This document shows, piece after piece, positions 1 to 7,713 of a DNA stretch of 39,376 nt; within the stretch, counting starts at the first letter, position 1; each line of letters begins with the position of its first letter. Made by a program: the position numbers and the translations under genes. The notes below the pieces were generated by a model. The model had not been told where the DNA came from, did not search any database, and saw nothing but the letters and a program-made list of their open reading frames with translations. Source of the stretch: a virus; the IMG/VR virus record IMGVR_UViG_3300045988_105434. The stretch is one strand, 5' to 3'.

Positions 1-55
1 CCACCATTTGTACATTTGTACGAACAGCTCTCTATTCTTACAGGGTTCGTGAGAA
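1..55. repeat. Terminal direct repeat copy 1 (identical to 39322-39376); circular-assembly overlap
   Basis: The first 55 nt (ccaccatttgtacatttgtacgaacagctc...gtgagaa) recur exactly as the last 55 nt. The repeat lies inside a minus-strand ORF that stays open across the junction. Confidence 0.9.
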
Positions 56-1499
56 TAGGGAGTTGTTCTGCGTAATTGTACTGGATTTCAACGTATTCAT
101 TACAAATATAGACGGCACGAACAAGAGACGTGAGAAGTATATCGTTATATTTCTCCGTCTCTTTTGCTTTTTCGCGGATTGTTTCAAAGAAAAACTGGAT
201 TTTTTCTTCCGTCAATAGCCCACTCCCTTGCATTAGCGATGCCTTCGCTAGTTTTTCTTTCAACACGTCCAGGGTTCGTTCGTTTTCATTCAGCGATTCA
301 ACCAGCGCATTTGACATGACACCGTTCTCAATAGCCTTTATACAGTTGTCAATTTTCTTTTGACAGCTGGAAATGTGATTTTTTATGGCACGTATTTCCA
401 ATTCGCTTTCGTCCCGTGGGCGTAGTTTCACAGCCTGCCTTGCGATTTCTTTTATAGCCTTTTTACTCGATAAAATCTCATGTGTTTTGTCACAAACAAG
501 CTTTTCTAACACATCTGCGCGTATGTTTTTTGTCTCACAATACTCGTATCTCGCACTTCTATGGTGGTGTGAACAGCCGTAATAGCAATACTTGTTTCCG
601 TTTTGCGATTTCCCGGAGGTCCCTGATACTTTTGCACCACAGGAGGCGCAAAAAGCTTTCCCCGCTAACAAATAATTGTTGTTTGTCCGGTAAGAGCTAC
701 TTTTCATGGCATTTATCCTTTCCTGCACTGCGTGAAACGCTTCTTTGGAGATAATCGGTGGTATTATCCCTTCTTTCTTTATGTCTTTCCATTGAAATGT
801 ACCGATATATCGCTCATTATGCAAGATATAATAAACACGGCTGCGCGAAAATACCTTTCCAGCGTCCGTCGTGTACTTTTTGTCGTTCAATTTCCTCTCA
901 ATTCTGGCTACCGACATGCCGTCTAGGAACATTTGATATATCATTCGCACGATAGGGGCTTTCTCTTCGTTTATTATCAGACGCCCGCCTTTGTCTAGCT
1001 TGTATCCCAGTGGGATAACGCCGCCCGGCCATTTCCCTTCCAGCGCGTTTTGCGTCATGCCGCGCAATACATTTTCCGATAACTCTGCGCTGTAATATTC
1101 TGCCATGCCTTCAATGACCGATTCGAGCAAAATCCCTGACGGGTCATCCGCTATGTTTTCCATTGCAGAAACGACTTTGACACCATACTTTTTCAGCTTA
1201 TGCTTGTATTTTGCGCTGTCATAGCGGTTCCTGGCAAATCGGTTCAGCTTATAGACCAGGATGACATTGAAGGCCATTGTGGCGGCGTCTCTGATCATCA
1301 TCTGGAACTCCGGACGCTGATCGGAGCGGCCGGTCATAGCGCGATCCGCATAAGTGTGGAGAATGGTGATATTGTTCCGGCGGGCGTAGTCCTCACAAAC
1401 GCGCAACTGGCCTTCTATGGACTCCTCGCGCTGCCGATCGGACGAATATCTTGCATATATGACGGCCTTTGCGGCCTGTTTTTCTTCTGTTTTAGGCAT
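1..1499 (-). CDS. Large serine recombinase (phage integrase), 5' 1499 nt; gene continues across the circular junction to a stop at 39246
   Basis: Absent from the ORF track because it runs off the edge. My translation starts at the ATG at compl(1497-1499), with GGAGG 8 nt upstream: MPKTEEKQAAKAVIYARYSSDRQREESIEGQLRVCEDYARRNNITILHTYADRAMTGRSDQRPEFQMMIRD... This is a resolvase-type catalytic domain with the YxRxSSxxQ serine motif. It is followed by a recombinase domain, a Zn ribbon (KAFCASCGAKVSG...NKYCYYGCSHH) and a coiled-coil tail. Total 524 aa once joined. Confidence 0.85.
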   Translation of the reverse strand, partial: MPKTEEKQAAKAVIYARYSSDRQREESIEGQLRVCEDYARRNNITILHTYADRAMTGRSDQRPEFQMMIRDAATMAFNVILVYKLNRFARNRYDSAKYKHKLKKYGVKVVSAMENIADDPSGILLESVIEGMAEYYSAELSENVLRGMTQNALEGKWPGGVIPLGYKLDKGGRLIINEEKAPIVRMIYQMFLDGMSVARIERKLNDKKYTTDAGKVFSRSRVYYILHNERYIGTFQWKDIKKEGIIPPIISKEAFHAVQERINAMKSSSYRTNNNYLLAGKAFCASCGAKVSGTSGKSQNGNKYCYYGCSHHHRSARYEYCETKNIRADVLEKLVCDKTHEILSSKKAIKEIARQAVKLRPRDESELEIRAIKNHISSCQKKIDNCIKAIENGVMSNALVESLNENERTLDVLKEKLAKASLMQGSGLLTEEKIQFFFETIREKAKETEKYNDILLTSLVRAVYICNEYVEIQYNYAEQLPILTNPVRIESCSYKCTNG

Positions 1500-1516
1500 A
1501 AAAAGAGCCTCCTTCT

Positions 1517-1544
1517 TTGGCATTGGGAGGCTTTATGATATAAT
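1517..1544 (+). promoter_or_regulatory. Sigma70-like promoter with extended -10, antisense to the int 5' region
   Basis: TTGGCA (1517-1522), 16-nt spacer, TGaTATAAT (1536-1544). Confidence 0.4.
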
Positions 1545-1550
1545 ATACAC

Positions 1551-1662
1551 ATAATCTGCCTCCTTGGATGAGTGGATTATAACCGCAACCTGGTACTGGT
1601 AATGCCGGGCTGCATTCCCCTGTCATATTTCGCGATATGGCAGGGGCTTTTTATTTTGTTTT
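1551..1662 (+). ncRNA. Candidate ~110-nt small RNA, antisense to the immA-int intercistronic region
   Basis: Bounded by the promoter at 1517-1544 and the intrinsic terminator at 1617-1662. No ORF longer than a few codons. Contains a CCUCC tract. Confidence 0.3.
1617..1662 (+). terminator. Rho-independent terminator (plus-strand polarity)
   Basis: 12-bp stem cccctgtcatat / atatggcagggg (one G.U pair), 6-nt loop ttcgcg, then ctttttattttgtttt. Confidence 0.6.
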
Positions 1663-1691
1663 CACTTTGCCTTGATGTCCAATAGCTTCCT

Positions 1692-2132
1692 TTATATATC
1701 CCTCCCTGACTTTTTCAGTTTAATGAAACGGTGCGGCACTCCGCGGCAATTGGCCAGCGTGTAAATAGATGTCCCCGGATGCTCTGCCAGATACCCATCA
1801 TTCAACAGCAGCTCTACAGCAAACATGTTTGCCAGTCTCTCCACCCGGTCAGCATTGATATCCATGGTGTATGTCTTGAGCCACTGGGTATTGTCATTGG
1901 GCGTACAAAGCGCATGACCAAGTTCATGCGCACAGACAAACGGCAGCATAGATTCCGGTGTCCGTTGGGCATCAATGATAATAAATTTTGAACGTTTATA
2001 TTTGAGATAGTTGCCGTATTTTCCGCCCAGGTCAGAATACATGATGATGATATTCTTACACGCGGCCAGCCGAAACGGGTCATCTGTTTTATAGCGACGG
2101 ATAAGAGCGGCAACTTTTTGCTGCACATCCAT
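1692..2132 (-). CDS. ImmA/IrrE-family zinc metallopeptidase (anti-repressor protease)
   Basis: HExxH motif in VCAHELGHAL, ~146 aa, placed immediately downstream of the XRE repressor as in ImmR/ImmA pairs. Confidence 0.8.
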   Translation of the reverse strand: MDVQQKVAALIRRYKTDDPFRLAACKNIIIMYSDLGGKYGNYLKYKRSKFIIIDAQRTPESMLPFVCAHELGHALCTPNDNTQWLKTYTMDINADRVERLANMFAVELLLNDGYLAEHPGTSIYTLANCRGVPHRFIKLKKSGRDI

Positions 2133-2136
2133 AGTC

Positions 2137-2544
2137 TTAATCCCTCCGGTATTTTTTCGGCGTATATTTCTTCTTGGCTATCTTCTTTGCCTGGATCATG
2201 GCAGCCTTAATGGTCGCTTTGAAGGCTTCAATGTCTTCGATATCATCCTCTCCTTCAAAGGCGGCAGAGGAAATAGAGTTCATCATGTCTTCCAGATCTG
2301 ACTCAATTTCACGTTCATCGCGCCGGTTCAGTTCCGGCTCTTCGTCAAATCCCATAAGCCAGGCAGGGCTGACATGCAAGGCTTTAGCGATTAGAGCAAT
2401 CTTATCTTGCTTTGGCTCATACTTCCCATTTAGATATTCCGAAAGGGAAGAGTTGCTGATGCCAGTCAGCCTAGATAAATCGGCCTTGCTCATATTTTGT
2501 TCTGTGAGTATCTTCTTTATCCTATTGATTAAAATATTGTTCAT
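2137..2544 (-). CDS. XRE/CI-like HTH repressor
   Basis: N-terminal HTH (MSKADLSRLTGISNSSLSEYLNGKYEPKQDKIALIAKALHVSPAWLMG) with an acidic C-terminal tail. Divergent from the early operon. Confidence 0.85.
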   Translation of the reverse strand: MNNILINRIKKILTEQNMSKADLSRLTGISNSSLSEYLNGKYEPKQDKIALIAKALHVSPAWLMGFDEEPELNRRDEREIESDLEDMMNSISSAAFEGEDDIEDIEAFKATIKAAMIQAKKIAKKKYTPKKYRRD

Positions 2545-2588
2545 AATGTCTCCCTCTATCCTAGTGAAGCATTCAAATCGTCATCACT

Positions 2589-2617
2589 ATGATATACGAT
2601 TTCTCGAATAAAATCAA
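2589..2617 (-). promoter_or_regulatory. Leftward promoter for the repressor operon
   Basis: On the minus strand: TTGATT, 17 nt, TATCAT (plus-strand aatcaa 2612-2617 and atgata 2589-2594). Confidence 0.45.
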
Positions 2618-2634
2618 TAAAATTTCATCGTTCT

Positions 2635-2650
2635 TTTCGGAAAATCGTTG
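2635..2650. promoter_or_regulatory. Operator-like site O3 (TTTCGGAAAATCGTTG), overlaps the -35 of the rightward promoter
   Basis: Shares the TTTCG-NN-AA-N-TCG pattern with 2689-2704 and 2964-2979. Confidence 0.4.
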
Positions 2651-2676
2651 ACACATAAAAAACCATGTGCTATGAT
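2648..2676 (+). promoter_or_regulatory. Rightward early promoter
   Basis: TTGACA (2648-2653), 17-nt spacer, TATGAT (2671-2676). Confidence 0.65.
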
Positions 2677-2688
2677 TCAGTTAAGAAA

Positions 2689-2704
2689 TTTCGACAAGTC
2701 GAAA
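2689..2704. promoter_or_regulatory. Operator-like palindrome O1 (TTTCGACAAGTCGAAA)
   Basis: 7-bp inverted arms (TTTCGAC / GTCGAAA) around a 2-nt AA centre, 13 nt downstream of the -10. Confidence 0.5.
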
Positions 2705-2726
2705 ACGCCGAAAGGGGGTGAAGGCA

Positions 2727-2963
2727 ATGAGAGGAAAAGAAAGGCCAAAATTTAAGTACGATTATCTCAGGGGATTTATCCGTGAAAACTTCGAGACGCT
2801 TGCAAATTATGCCAGCTTTTTGGGTATATCCCCGTCTACATTGAATGACCGTCTTAATGGCAATACCAGCTTTACTCAGGACGATATTTATAAGACCGCC
2901 AACTTTGCCCTTGACAGAAAATTGACGGCAGCTGAAGTAGATCTTCTTTTTTTTAACTTTTAA
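2727..2963 (+). CDS. Cro-like small HTH regulator
   Basis: ATG at 2727 follows AAGGGGG; the track's GTG at 2718 is less likely. HTH region: ETLANYASFLGISPSTLNDRLNGNTSFTQDDIYK. First gene of the rightward operon. Confidence 0.7.
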   Translation: MRGKERPKFKYDYLRGFIRENFETLANYASFLGISPSTLNDRLNGNTSFTQDDIYKTANFALDRKLTAAEVDLLFFNF

Positions 2964-2979
2964 TTTCGGAAACTCGAAA
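2964..2979. promoter_or_regulatory. Operator-like site O2 (TTTCGGAAACTCGAAA)
   Basis: Near-palindrome of the same family, directly after the cro-like stop codon. Confidence 0.4.
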
Positions 2980-2998
2980 AATAGAGGAGACAGGTGAT

Positions 2999-3154
2999 AT
3001 GGATGCTCTTATGCAGTACATCAGGGACTACATCCGGAGCCATCCGGATGAATACCAGGAATGGCTGAAAGCAAAAGGCCAAGATGAGGATAGGCATGAA
3101 GCCCACCTCCAGGATCGGGCTCTGGATTTTGGAAGGCCGGAGGAAGCGTTATGA
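2999..3154 (+). CDS. Small hypothetical protein (51 aa)
   Basis: AGAGGAG RBS, then ATG. Sequence MDALMQYIRDYIRSHPDEYQEWLKAKGQDEDRHEAHLQDRALDFGRPEEAL. Below the track's length cut-off. Confidence 0.4.
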   Translation: MDALMQYIRDYIRSHPDEYQEWLKAKGQDEDRHEAHLQDRALDFGRPEEAL

Positions 3155-3178
3155 GGCATAAGAAGTTGAAACTGGCAA

Positions 3179-3421
3179 ATGAGGACGAAGAAGATGACTA
3201 GAAATTGCGATTTGGGGCTGTTTCCCCGCCTGATAGAGCAGTGGAGGCTGGAAGAGGAAGCCAAAGAAGCCGAAGAAGCAAGACGGATCCAGCTGGCTTC
3301 CCGCCCAAAGTTTGACTCTGATAAGACCCGAGAAGAGTCTTTCGTGGACCTGCTGACTACTTGGGCGGCCTTGACGTGCTTGTTCCTCGATTATGCGCTG
3401 TTTATTATTTGCTTCGGGTAA
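3179..3421 (+). CDS. Hypothetical protein with a hydrophobic C-terminus
   Basis: ORF-track entry; the start is uncertain (ATG 3179 or 3194). No recognisable motif. Confidence 0.35.
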   Translation: MRTKKMTRNCDLGLFPRLIEQWRLEEEAKEAEEARRIQLASRPKFDSDKTREESFVDLLTTWAALTCLFLDYALFIICFG

Positions 3422-3459
3422 GAAGGAGGAGGCTCATGGTACGCGGCCCACCAAAAAAG

Positions 3460-3491
3460 CCGATGAACGAAGGACCATTCGTTCATCGGCA
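3460..3491 (-). terminator. Perfect 13-bp hairpin with minus-strand terminator polarity
   Basis: gccgatgaacgaa / ttcgttcatcggc with loop ggacca. An A6 run (3454-3459) precedes it on the plus strand, so the U-run is on the minus strand. Confidence 0.35.
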
Positions 3492-3538
3492 CAGGTAAAA
3501 ACCACCTATTTGTATTATAGCACAGGAGGAAAAGACTT

Positions 3539-4042
3539 ATGGTAACTATTACATTTTCCGGCGATGCCGAGGAAGTGCTGCTTGAAATGCAGCAGCTTGT
3601 GAATATGAAGAAAGTTGAAGAAACGCCGAAGAAAGAAGCCCAAAAGGTAACAAAGGTGCCTAATGAAGAACCAAAGAAGGAAACACCTAAGTTGAAAGAA
3701 GCCCCCAAGCCTGAAGAACCTAAGCAGGGAGAACCAAAGAAGGAAGAGCCCAAGAAGGTCGAAGAAGCTCCAAAGCCGAAAGAAACCCCAAAGCCTGAAG
3801 AACCAAAGCAGGAAGTCAAGAAAGAAGCTCCAAAGGAAGAACCCAAACAGGACGACACCGGCGACGCTCCGATGACAGAGGAGCAGACGGCAGAACTCCG
3901 CACGCTGTGCATGAACTATTGCAAGAAAGTACCGGACGGTAAGGAACGGATCAAGCAGCTGCTGAAAGGTAAAGGCTGCGCCCGCGTTACCGATCTGCGG
4001 CAGAAGGATATCCCGGAATTCAAAGCACTGGTATTGGTCTGA
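3539..4042 (+). CDS. Hypothetical protein with a central PEEPK/KKE low-complexity repeat region
   Basis: Globular ends flank about 90 aa of (P)KxEEPK repeats. A near-identical 22-nt DNA repeat, aagcctgaagaacc[t/a]aagcagg, occurs at 3707-3728 and 3791-3812. Confidence 0.6.
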   Translation: MVTITFSGDAEEVLLEMQQLVNMKKVEETPKKEAQKVTKVPNEEPKKETPKLKEAPKPEEPKQGEPKKEEPKKVEEAPKPKETPKPEEPKQEVKKEAPKEEPKQDDTGDAPMTEEQTAELRTLCMNYCKKVPDGKERIKQLLKGKGCARVTDLRQKDIPEFKALVLV

Positions 4043-5172
4043 TGGGACACGCTATCTTATCCGCCAGTGGGGCGGCCAGGTGGCTGGCCTGCCCGCCCTC
4101 TGCTAGGGAAGAGCAGAAATACCCGTCGGAATCTAGCCCTTATGCCCGGGAAGGAACCCGGGCGCACGCCTTAGCGGAAAAGCATCTAAAGCGATACCTC
4201 GAGACGGGGGACGCTACCGTAACCTTTGAGGAAGACGCCGGGATGGCCGAGTCCGTGCAGTCCTATGTGGATACGGTTGTCGAGAAGATCACCGAGGCTA
4301 GAACGGCCAGCAAGGATGCACAGATATTCATCGAAAAGAAATTGGATTTTTCCCAATGGGTACCCCACGGCTTTGGCACCGGCGATGCGGTGATACTCTC
4401 CGACGCGTTCCTGGAAATCATTGATTTGAAATATGGTAAGGGCGTACCTGTAAGCGCTAAAAACAACCCTCAGATGAGGCTATACGCCCTCGGCATGTAT
4501 GCCCTTATGGGTTGGCTCTATAGCGCCGAGAATGTGCGGATGACCATCGTACAGCCCCGCCTAGATAGCATTAGCACCGAGACCATCACGGTGAAGGAGC
4601 TGCTCGCCTGGGGCGAATCCATCAAGGATATAGCTGACAAAGCTTTTCAGGGGGAGGGGGAGTACAAAGCGGGGGATCACTGCCGTTTCTGCCGTGCCCG
4701 CAAAGTGTGCCGCACCCGGGCGAACGCTTTGAAAAAGGTGTATCGTAAAGCCTTTGCACCCGGAAACGAACTGGAACCCGAAGAGATCGCCGAAATCGTA
4801 CTTCAGGCGAAGAATATACAGACTTGGTTAGATGAAGTGAAAGAGTACGCTCGTGTAAAGGCCATTAGCGGGGAGAAGTGGCCGGGGCTGAAGCTCGTTC
4901 AAGGGCGCAGCGTACGGAAGATTATCAATAAAGAGGATGCGGGGGAATTGCTGGTAAGTGAAGGCTTCCCCCGTGACAAGATTTTCAAAACCCAGCTTTG
5001 CACAATTACAGAGCTAGAAAAGGTATGCGGCCGTAAGAAGCTAAAGGAGCTTTTACAGGACCAGCACGGTTACATCATAAAGCCCAAAGGGGAGCCGACC
5101 CTAGTGTCCAGTGATGATAAACGTGAAGAAATTCAAAATATTAAAGACTTGTTTGAGGAGGAATCTCAATGA
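4042..5172 (+). CDS. DUF2800-type PD-(D/E)XK (Cas4-like) nuclease
   Basis: N-terminus MGHAILSASGAARWLACPPS, a DxxxLKY-type nuclease core (GDAVILSD..EIIDLKYGKG), and the C-terminal cysteine cluster CRFCRARKVC. Confidence 0.8.
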   Translation: MGHAILSASGAARWLACPPSAREEQKYPSESSPYAREGTRAHALAEKHLKRYLETGDATVTFEEDAGMAESVQSYVDTVVEKITEARTASKDAQIFIEKKLDFSQWVPHGFGTGDAVILSDAFLEIIDLKYGKGVPVSAKNNPQMRLYALGMYALMGWLYSAENVRMTIVQPRLDSISTETITVKELLAWGESIKDIADKAFQGEGEYKAGDHCRFCRARKVCRTRANALKKVYRKAFAPGNELEPEEIAEIVLQAKNIQTWLDEVKEYARVKAISGEKWPGLKLVQGRSVRKIINKEDAGELLVSEGFPRDKIFKTQLCTITELEKVCGRKKLKELLQDQHGYIIKPKGEPTLVSSDDKREEIQNIKDLFEEESQ

Positions 5173-5726
5173 AAAGTGTACTGATTAAAACCGGTGTTGT
5201 TCGTCTGAGTTTTGCCCATGTATTCGAACCGGTAGAGGATGATCGGGGCAATTTGAAATACAGTGCCTCCCTTCTGATCCCCAAAGGCGACACCGCCACG
5301 GTAGCCAAATTCAAAAACGCTATCAAGGATATGCTGGCTGATGCAGAAGTAGTTCAGAAGTTGGGAGGAAAGACAAAGGGCATTCACATCCCGATCAATG
5401 ACGGGGATGAAAAGTATGAATCCAATCCGAAGATGTACGCCTCCTATAAAGATTGTTACTACGTGAACGCCAAAGCCAATGAAGATTATCCACCGGCGCT
5501 TTTCGATAACCACCGTAATGAAATCGTAGACAAAATCTTGATGTATAGCGGCTGCTATGTACAGGCTATCGTGAATCTGTTTCCCTATCACAATAAGGGC
5601 AATACCGGTATTGGCGTAGGGCTTCGTGGCCTGATGAAGGTAAGAGACGGGGAAGCCTTGGGGGGTACTGGTGTATCGGCCAACGACTTCGATGATTTTG
5701 AGGATTCTGACGACGATATTTTTTAA
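5169..5726 (+). CDS. DUF2815-type ssDNA-binding protein
   Basis: TGVVRLSFAHVFEP...KYSASLLIPKGD pattern and an acidic SSB-like tail DFDDFEDSDDDIF. Confidence 0.8.
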   Translation: MKSVLIKTGVVRLSFAHVFEPVEDDRGNLKYSASLLIPKGDTATVAKFKNAIKDMLADAEVVQKLGGKTKGIHIPINDGDEKYESNPKMYASYKDCYYVNAKANEDYPPALFDNHRNEIVDKILMYSGCYVQAIVNLFPYHNKGNTGIGVGLRGLMKVRDGEALGGTGVSANDFDDFEDSDDDIF

Positions 5727-5738
5727 GAGGTGAGTGTT

Positions 5739-7700
5739 ATGCCTACACTGTCAATTGACCTGGAAACCTACAGTAGCAACGATATCAAGTCAGGGGTCTA
5801 CAAGTATGTAGACGCTGACGATTTTGAAATCTTGCTACTGGGGTATGCCTTCGACGATGACCCGGTGCGGGTGGTAGACCTTACCAAAGAGGAGATGCCT
5901 GCACCGATTGTGCAGGCTCTTTTCAATTCGTCCATTACCAAAACGGCATTTAATGCCAACTTCGAAATGACATGCTTTAGGAAGCTATTTCCTGAAATGC
6001 CCTATGACCAATGGGAATGCACCTCTGTACTGGCCTTATATAATTCTCTTCCTGTCAGTCTGGCGGAGGTAGCCAAAGCGCTTCATATGGACGAGGACAA
6101 GCAGAAGGATATACGGGGCAAGGCGCTGATCAACTACTTTTCTAAGCCCTGCAAGCCCACCAAGGCCAATGGGGGCCGTACTAGAAACCGTCCTTCTGAT
6201 GCACCGGACAAGTGGGCTACCTACATAGAGTACAACCTCCAGGACGTGGTGGTGGAGCGGGCTATACGAAAAAAGTTACTGGAGCTAAAGCCACCGGAGG
6301 AGGAACATCGGTATTGGCTCCTTGACCGATGGATCAATGACAACGGGGCGCGAATCAATAAGACTCTGGTAAGGAATGCTATCCAGATGGATGCGGATTT
6401 CAGAGCCATCATGACAGAGAAGGCCCAAAGGCTTACCGGGCTTTCTAATCCCAATTCGGTTAGTCAACTAAAGGCATGGCTGGAGGACAAGATACAGAGG
6501 CCTATAGCTTCCTTAGACAAGAAAGCCATTGCAGAGATGCTAGGAGACAGCTCACTGCCTTCTATAGCCCATGAGGTGCTAGTGACTAGGCAGCAACTGG
6601 GGAAGACCTCAGTAAAGAAATATCAGGCCATGGCCAATGCACTGACTAGGGACGGCCGCATTCATGGTATGTTTCAGTTCTATGGGGCGATGCGGACAGG
6701 CAGATGGGCCGGGCGTATTGTCCAACTGCACAACCTGCCGCAAAACCATATGGAGCTGGCGGAGCTGGATGCGGCCAGAAGCATGGTAATGAAGGGGGAT
6801 ATGGAAGCGCTATCTCTCTGCTACCACAGTATCCCCGATGTGCTTTCTCAGCTCATACGAACGGCCATAGAAGCCGAACCGGGGCACCGCTTTATTGTGG
6901 CAGACTACTCCGCTATCGAGGCCCGTGTCATTGCCTGGCTGGCCGGGGAGACTTGGGAACAAAAGGCATTCGCTGAAGGGAAAGACATTTACTGTGCTAC
7001 GGCTTCCGCGATGTTCCATGTTCCGGTAGTCAAGCACGGTGTCAATGGTCATTTGAGGCAGAAGGGCAAAATAGCCACCCTGGCCTGCGGGTACGGCGGC
7101 GGTGTAGGCGCCCTAAAAGCTATGGGAGCTGACAAGATGGGGCTCTCCGATGAAGAGCTGCAAGGCATCGTGACACACTGGCGAAAAGCCAGCCCAAATA
7201 TCGTACGGTTTTGGTGGGATGTGGATGCCGCGGCAAGGCGTGCCATAGAAAAACCGGGCAGGCCTATCACTATCAAGCAAGGAGGCTTTCAATTTTTAGT
7301 CAAAAAGGGGGCTCTTTTCGTCCGTCTGCGCTCTGGAAGGCATTTGGTATATATTCACCCTCGAATTGGTAAGAACCGCTTTGGGGGAGATTCTATCCTC
7401 TATGCAGGTATGGAGCAGGGCACTAGGAAATGGGGAACTCTGGAAACCTACGGGGGCAAGTTAGTAGAAAACCTGGTACAGGCTACCGCTAGGGATTGTC
7501 TGGCGGCTGCCATGTACCGTTTAAAACGGGCGGGCTATAAAATCCTGATGCACGTACATGACGAAATCATCATGGAGATGCCGGAAGGGAAAGGCAGCCT
7601 GAAGGAAGCTATACAGTTTATGTGCATTAGTGAACCCTGGGAAAAGGGGCTCATTAAAAATGCGGATGGATTTGAACATCATTACTACATGAAGGACTAG
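5739..7700 (+). CDS. Family A DNA polymerase with an N-terminal 3'-5' exonuclease
   Basis: Exo motif SIDLETYS. Pol motif A VADYSAIEARVIAWL, motif B RQKGKIATLACGYGGG, motif C HVHDEII. ATG at 5739 follows AAGAGG; the track starts at GTG 5730. Confidence 0.9.
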   Translation: MPTLSIDLETYSSNDIKSGVYKYVDADDFEILLLGYAFDDDPVRVVDLTKEEMPAPIVQALFNSSITKTAFNANFEMTCFRKLFPEMPYDQWECTSVLALYNSLPVSLAEVAKALHMDEDKQKDIRGKALINYFSKPCKPTKANGGRTRNRPSDAPDKWATYIEYNLQDVVVERAIRKKLLELKPPEEEHRYWLLDRWINDNGARINKTLVRNAIQMDADFRAIMTEKAQRLTGLSNPNSVSQLKAWLEDKIQRPIASLDKKAIAEMLGDSSLPSIAHEVLVTRQQLGKTSVKKYQAMANALTRDGRIHGMFQFYGAMRTGRWAGRIVQLHNLPQNHMELAELDAARSMVMKGDMEALSLCYHSIPDVLSQLIRTAIEAEPGHRFIVADYSAIEARVIAWLAGETWEQKAFAEGKDIYCATASAMFHVPVVKHGVNGHLRQKGKIATLACGYGGGVGALKAMGADKMGLSDEELQGIVTHWRKASPNIVRFWWDVDAAARRAIEKPGRPITIKQGGFQFLVKKGALFVRLRSGRHLVYIHPRIGKNRFGGDSILYAGMEQGTRKWGTLETYGGKLVENLVQATARDCLAAAMYRLKRAGYKILMHVHDEIIMEMPEGKGSLKEAIQFMCISEPWEKGLIKNADGFEHHYYMKD

Positions 7701-7713
7701 GAGGAACTTATAA

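Noticed and set aside
1-55. The 55-bp terminal direct repeats as att sites, LTRs or cos ends
   Set aside because: The repeat sits in the middle of the integrase coding sequence, which stays in frame across the junction. The exact 55-nt length is typical of a k-mer assembly overlap on a circular contig.
130-1538. Six plus-strand ORFs from the track (130-363, 385-582, 482-754, 732-926, 758-955, 1200-1538)
   Set aside because: The peptides are low-complexity or odd and the ORFs overlap one another. All lie antisense to a continuous 524-aa serine recombinase ORF with clear catalytic and Zn-ribbon motifs, so they are shadow ORFs.
3391-3912. 173-aa minus-strand Ser/Gly/Phe-rich ORF
   Set aside because: It is the mirror image of the PEEPK/KKE repeat region on the plus strand, so a low-complexity artefact.
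6792-6802. An 11-nt match (AAGGGGGATAT) to the inversion site inside the DNA polymerase gene
   Set aside because: It is in direct orientation and 26 kb from site A, so recombination there would delete essential genes. It lacks the flanking CC of the core. A single 11-mer match in ~79 kb of two-strand sequence is plausibly chance.
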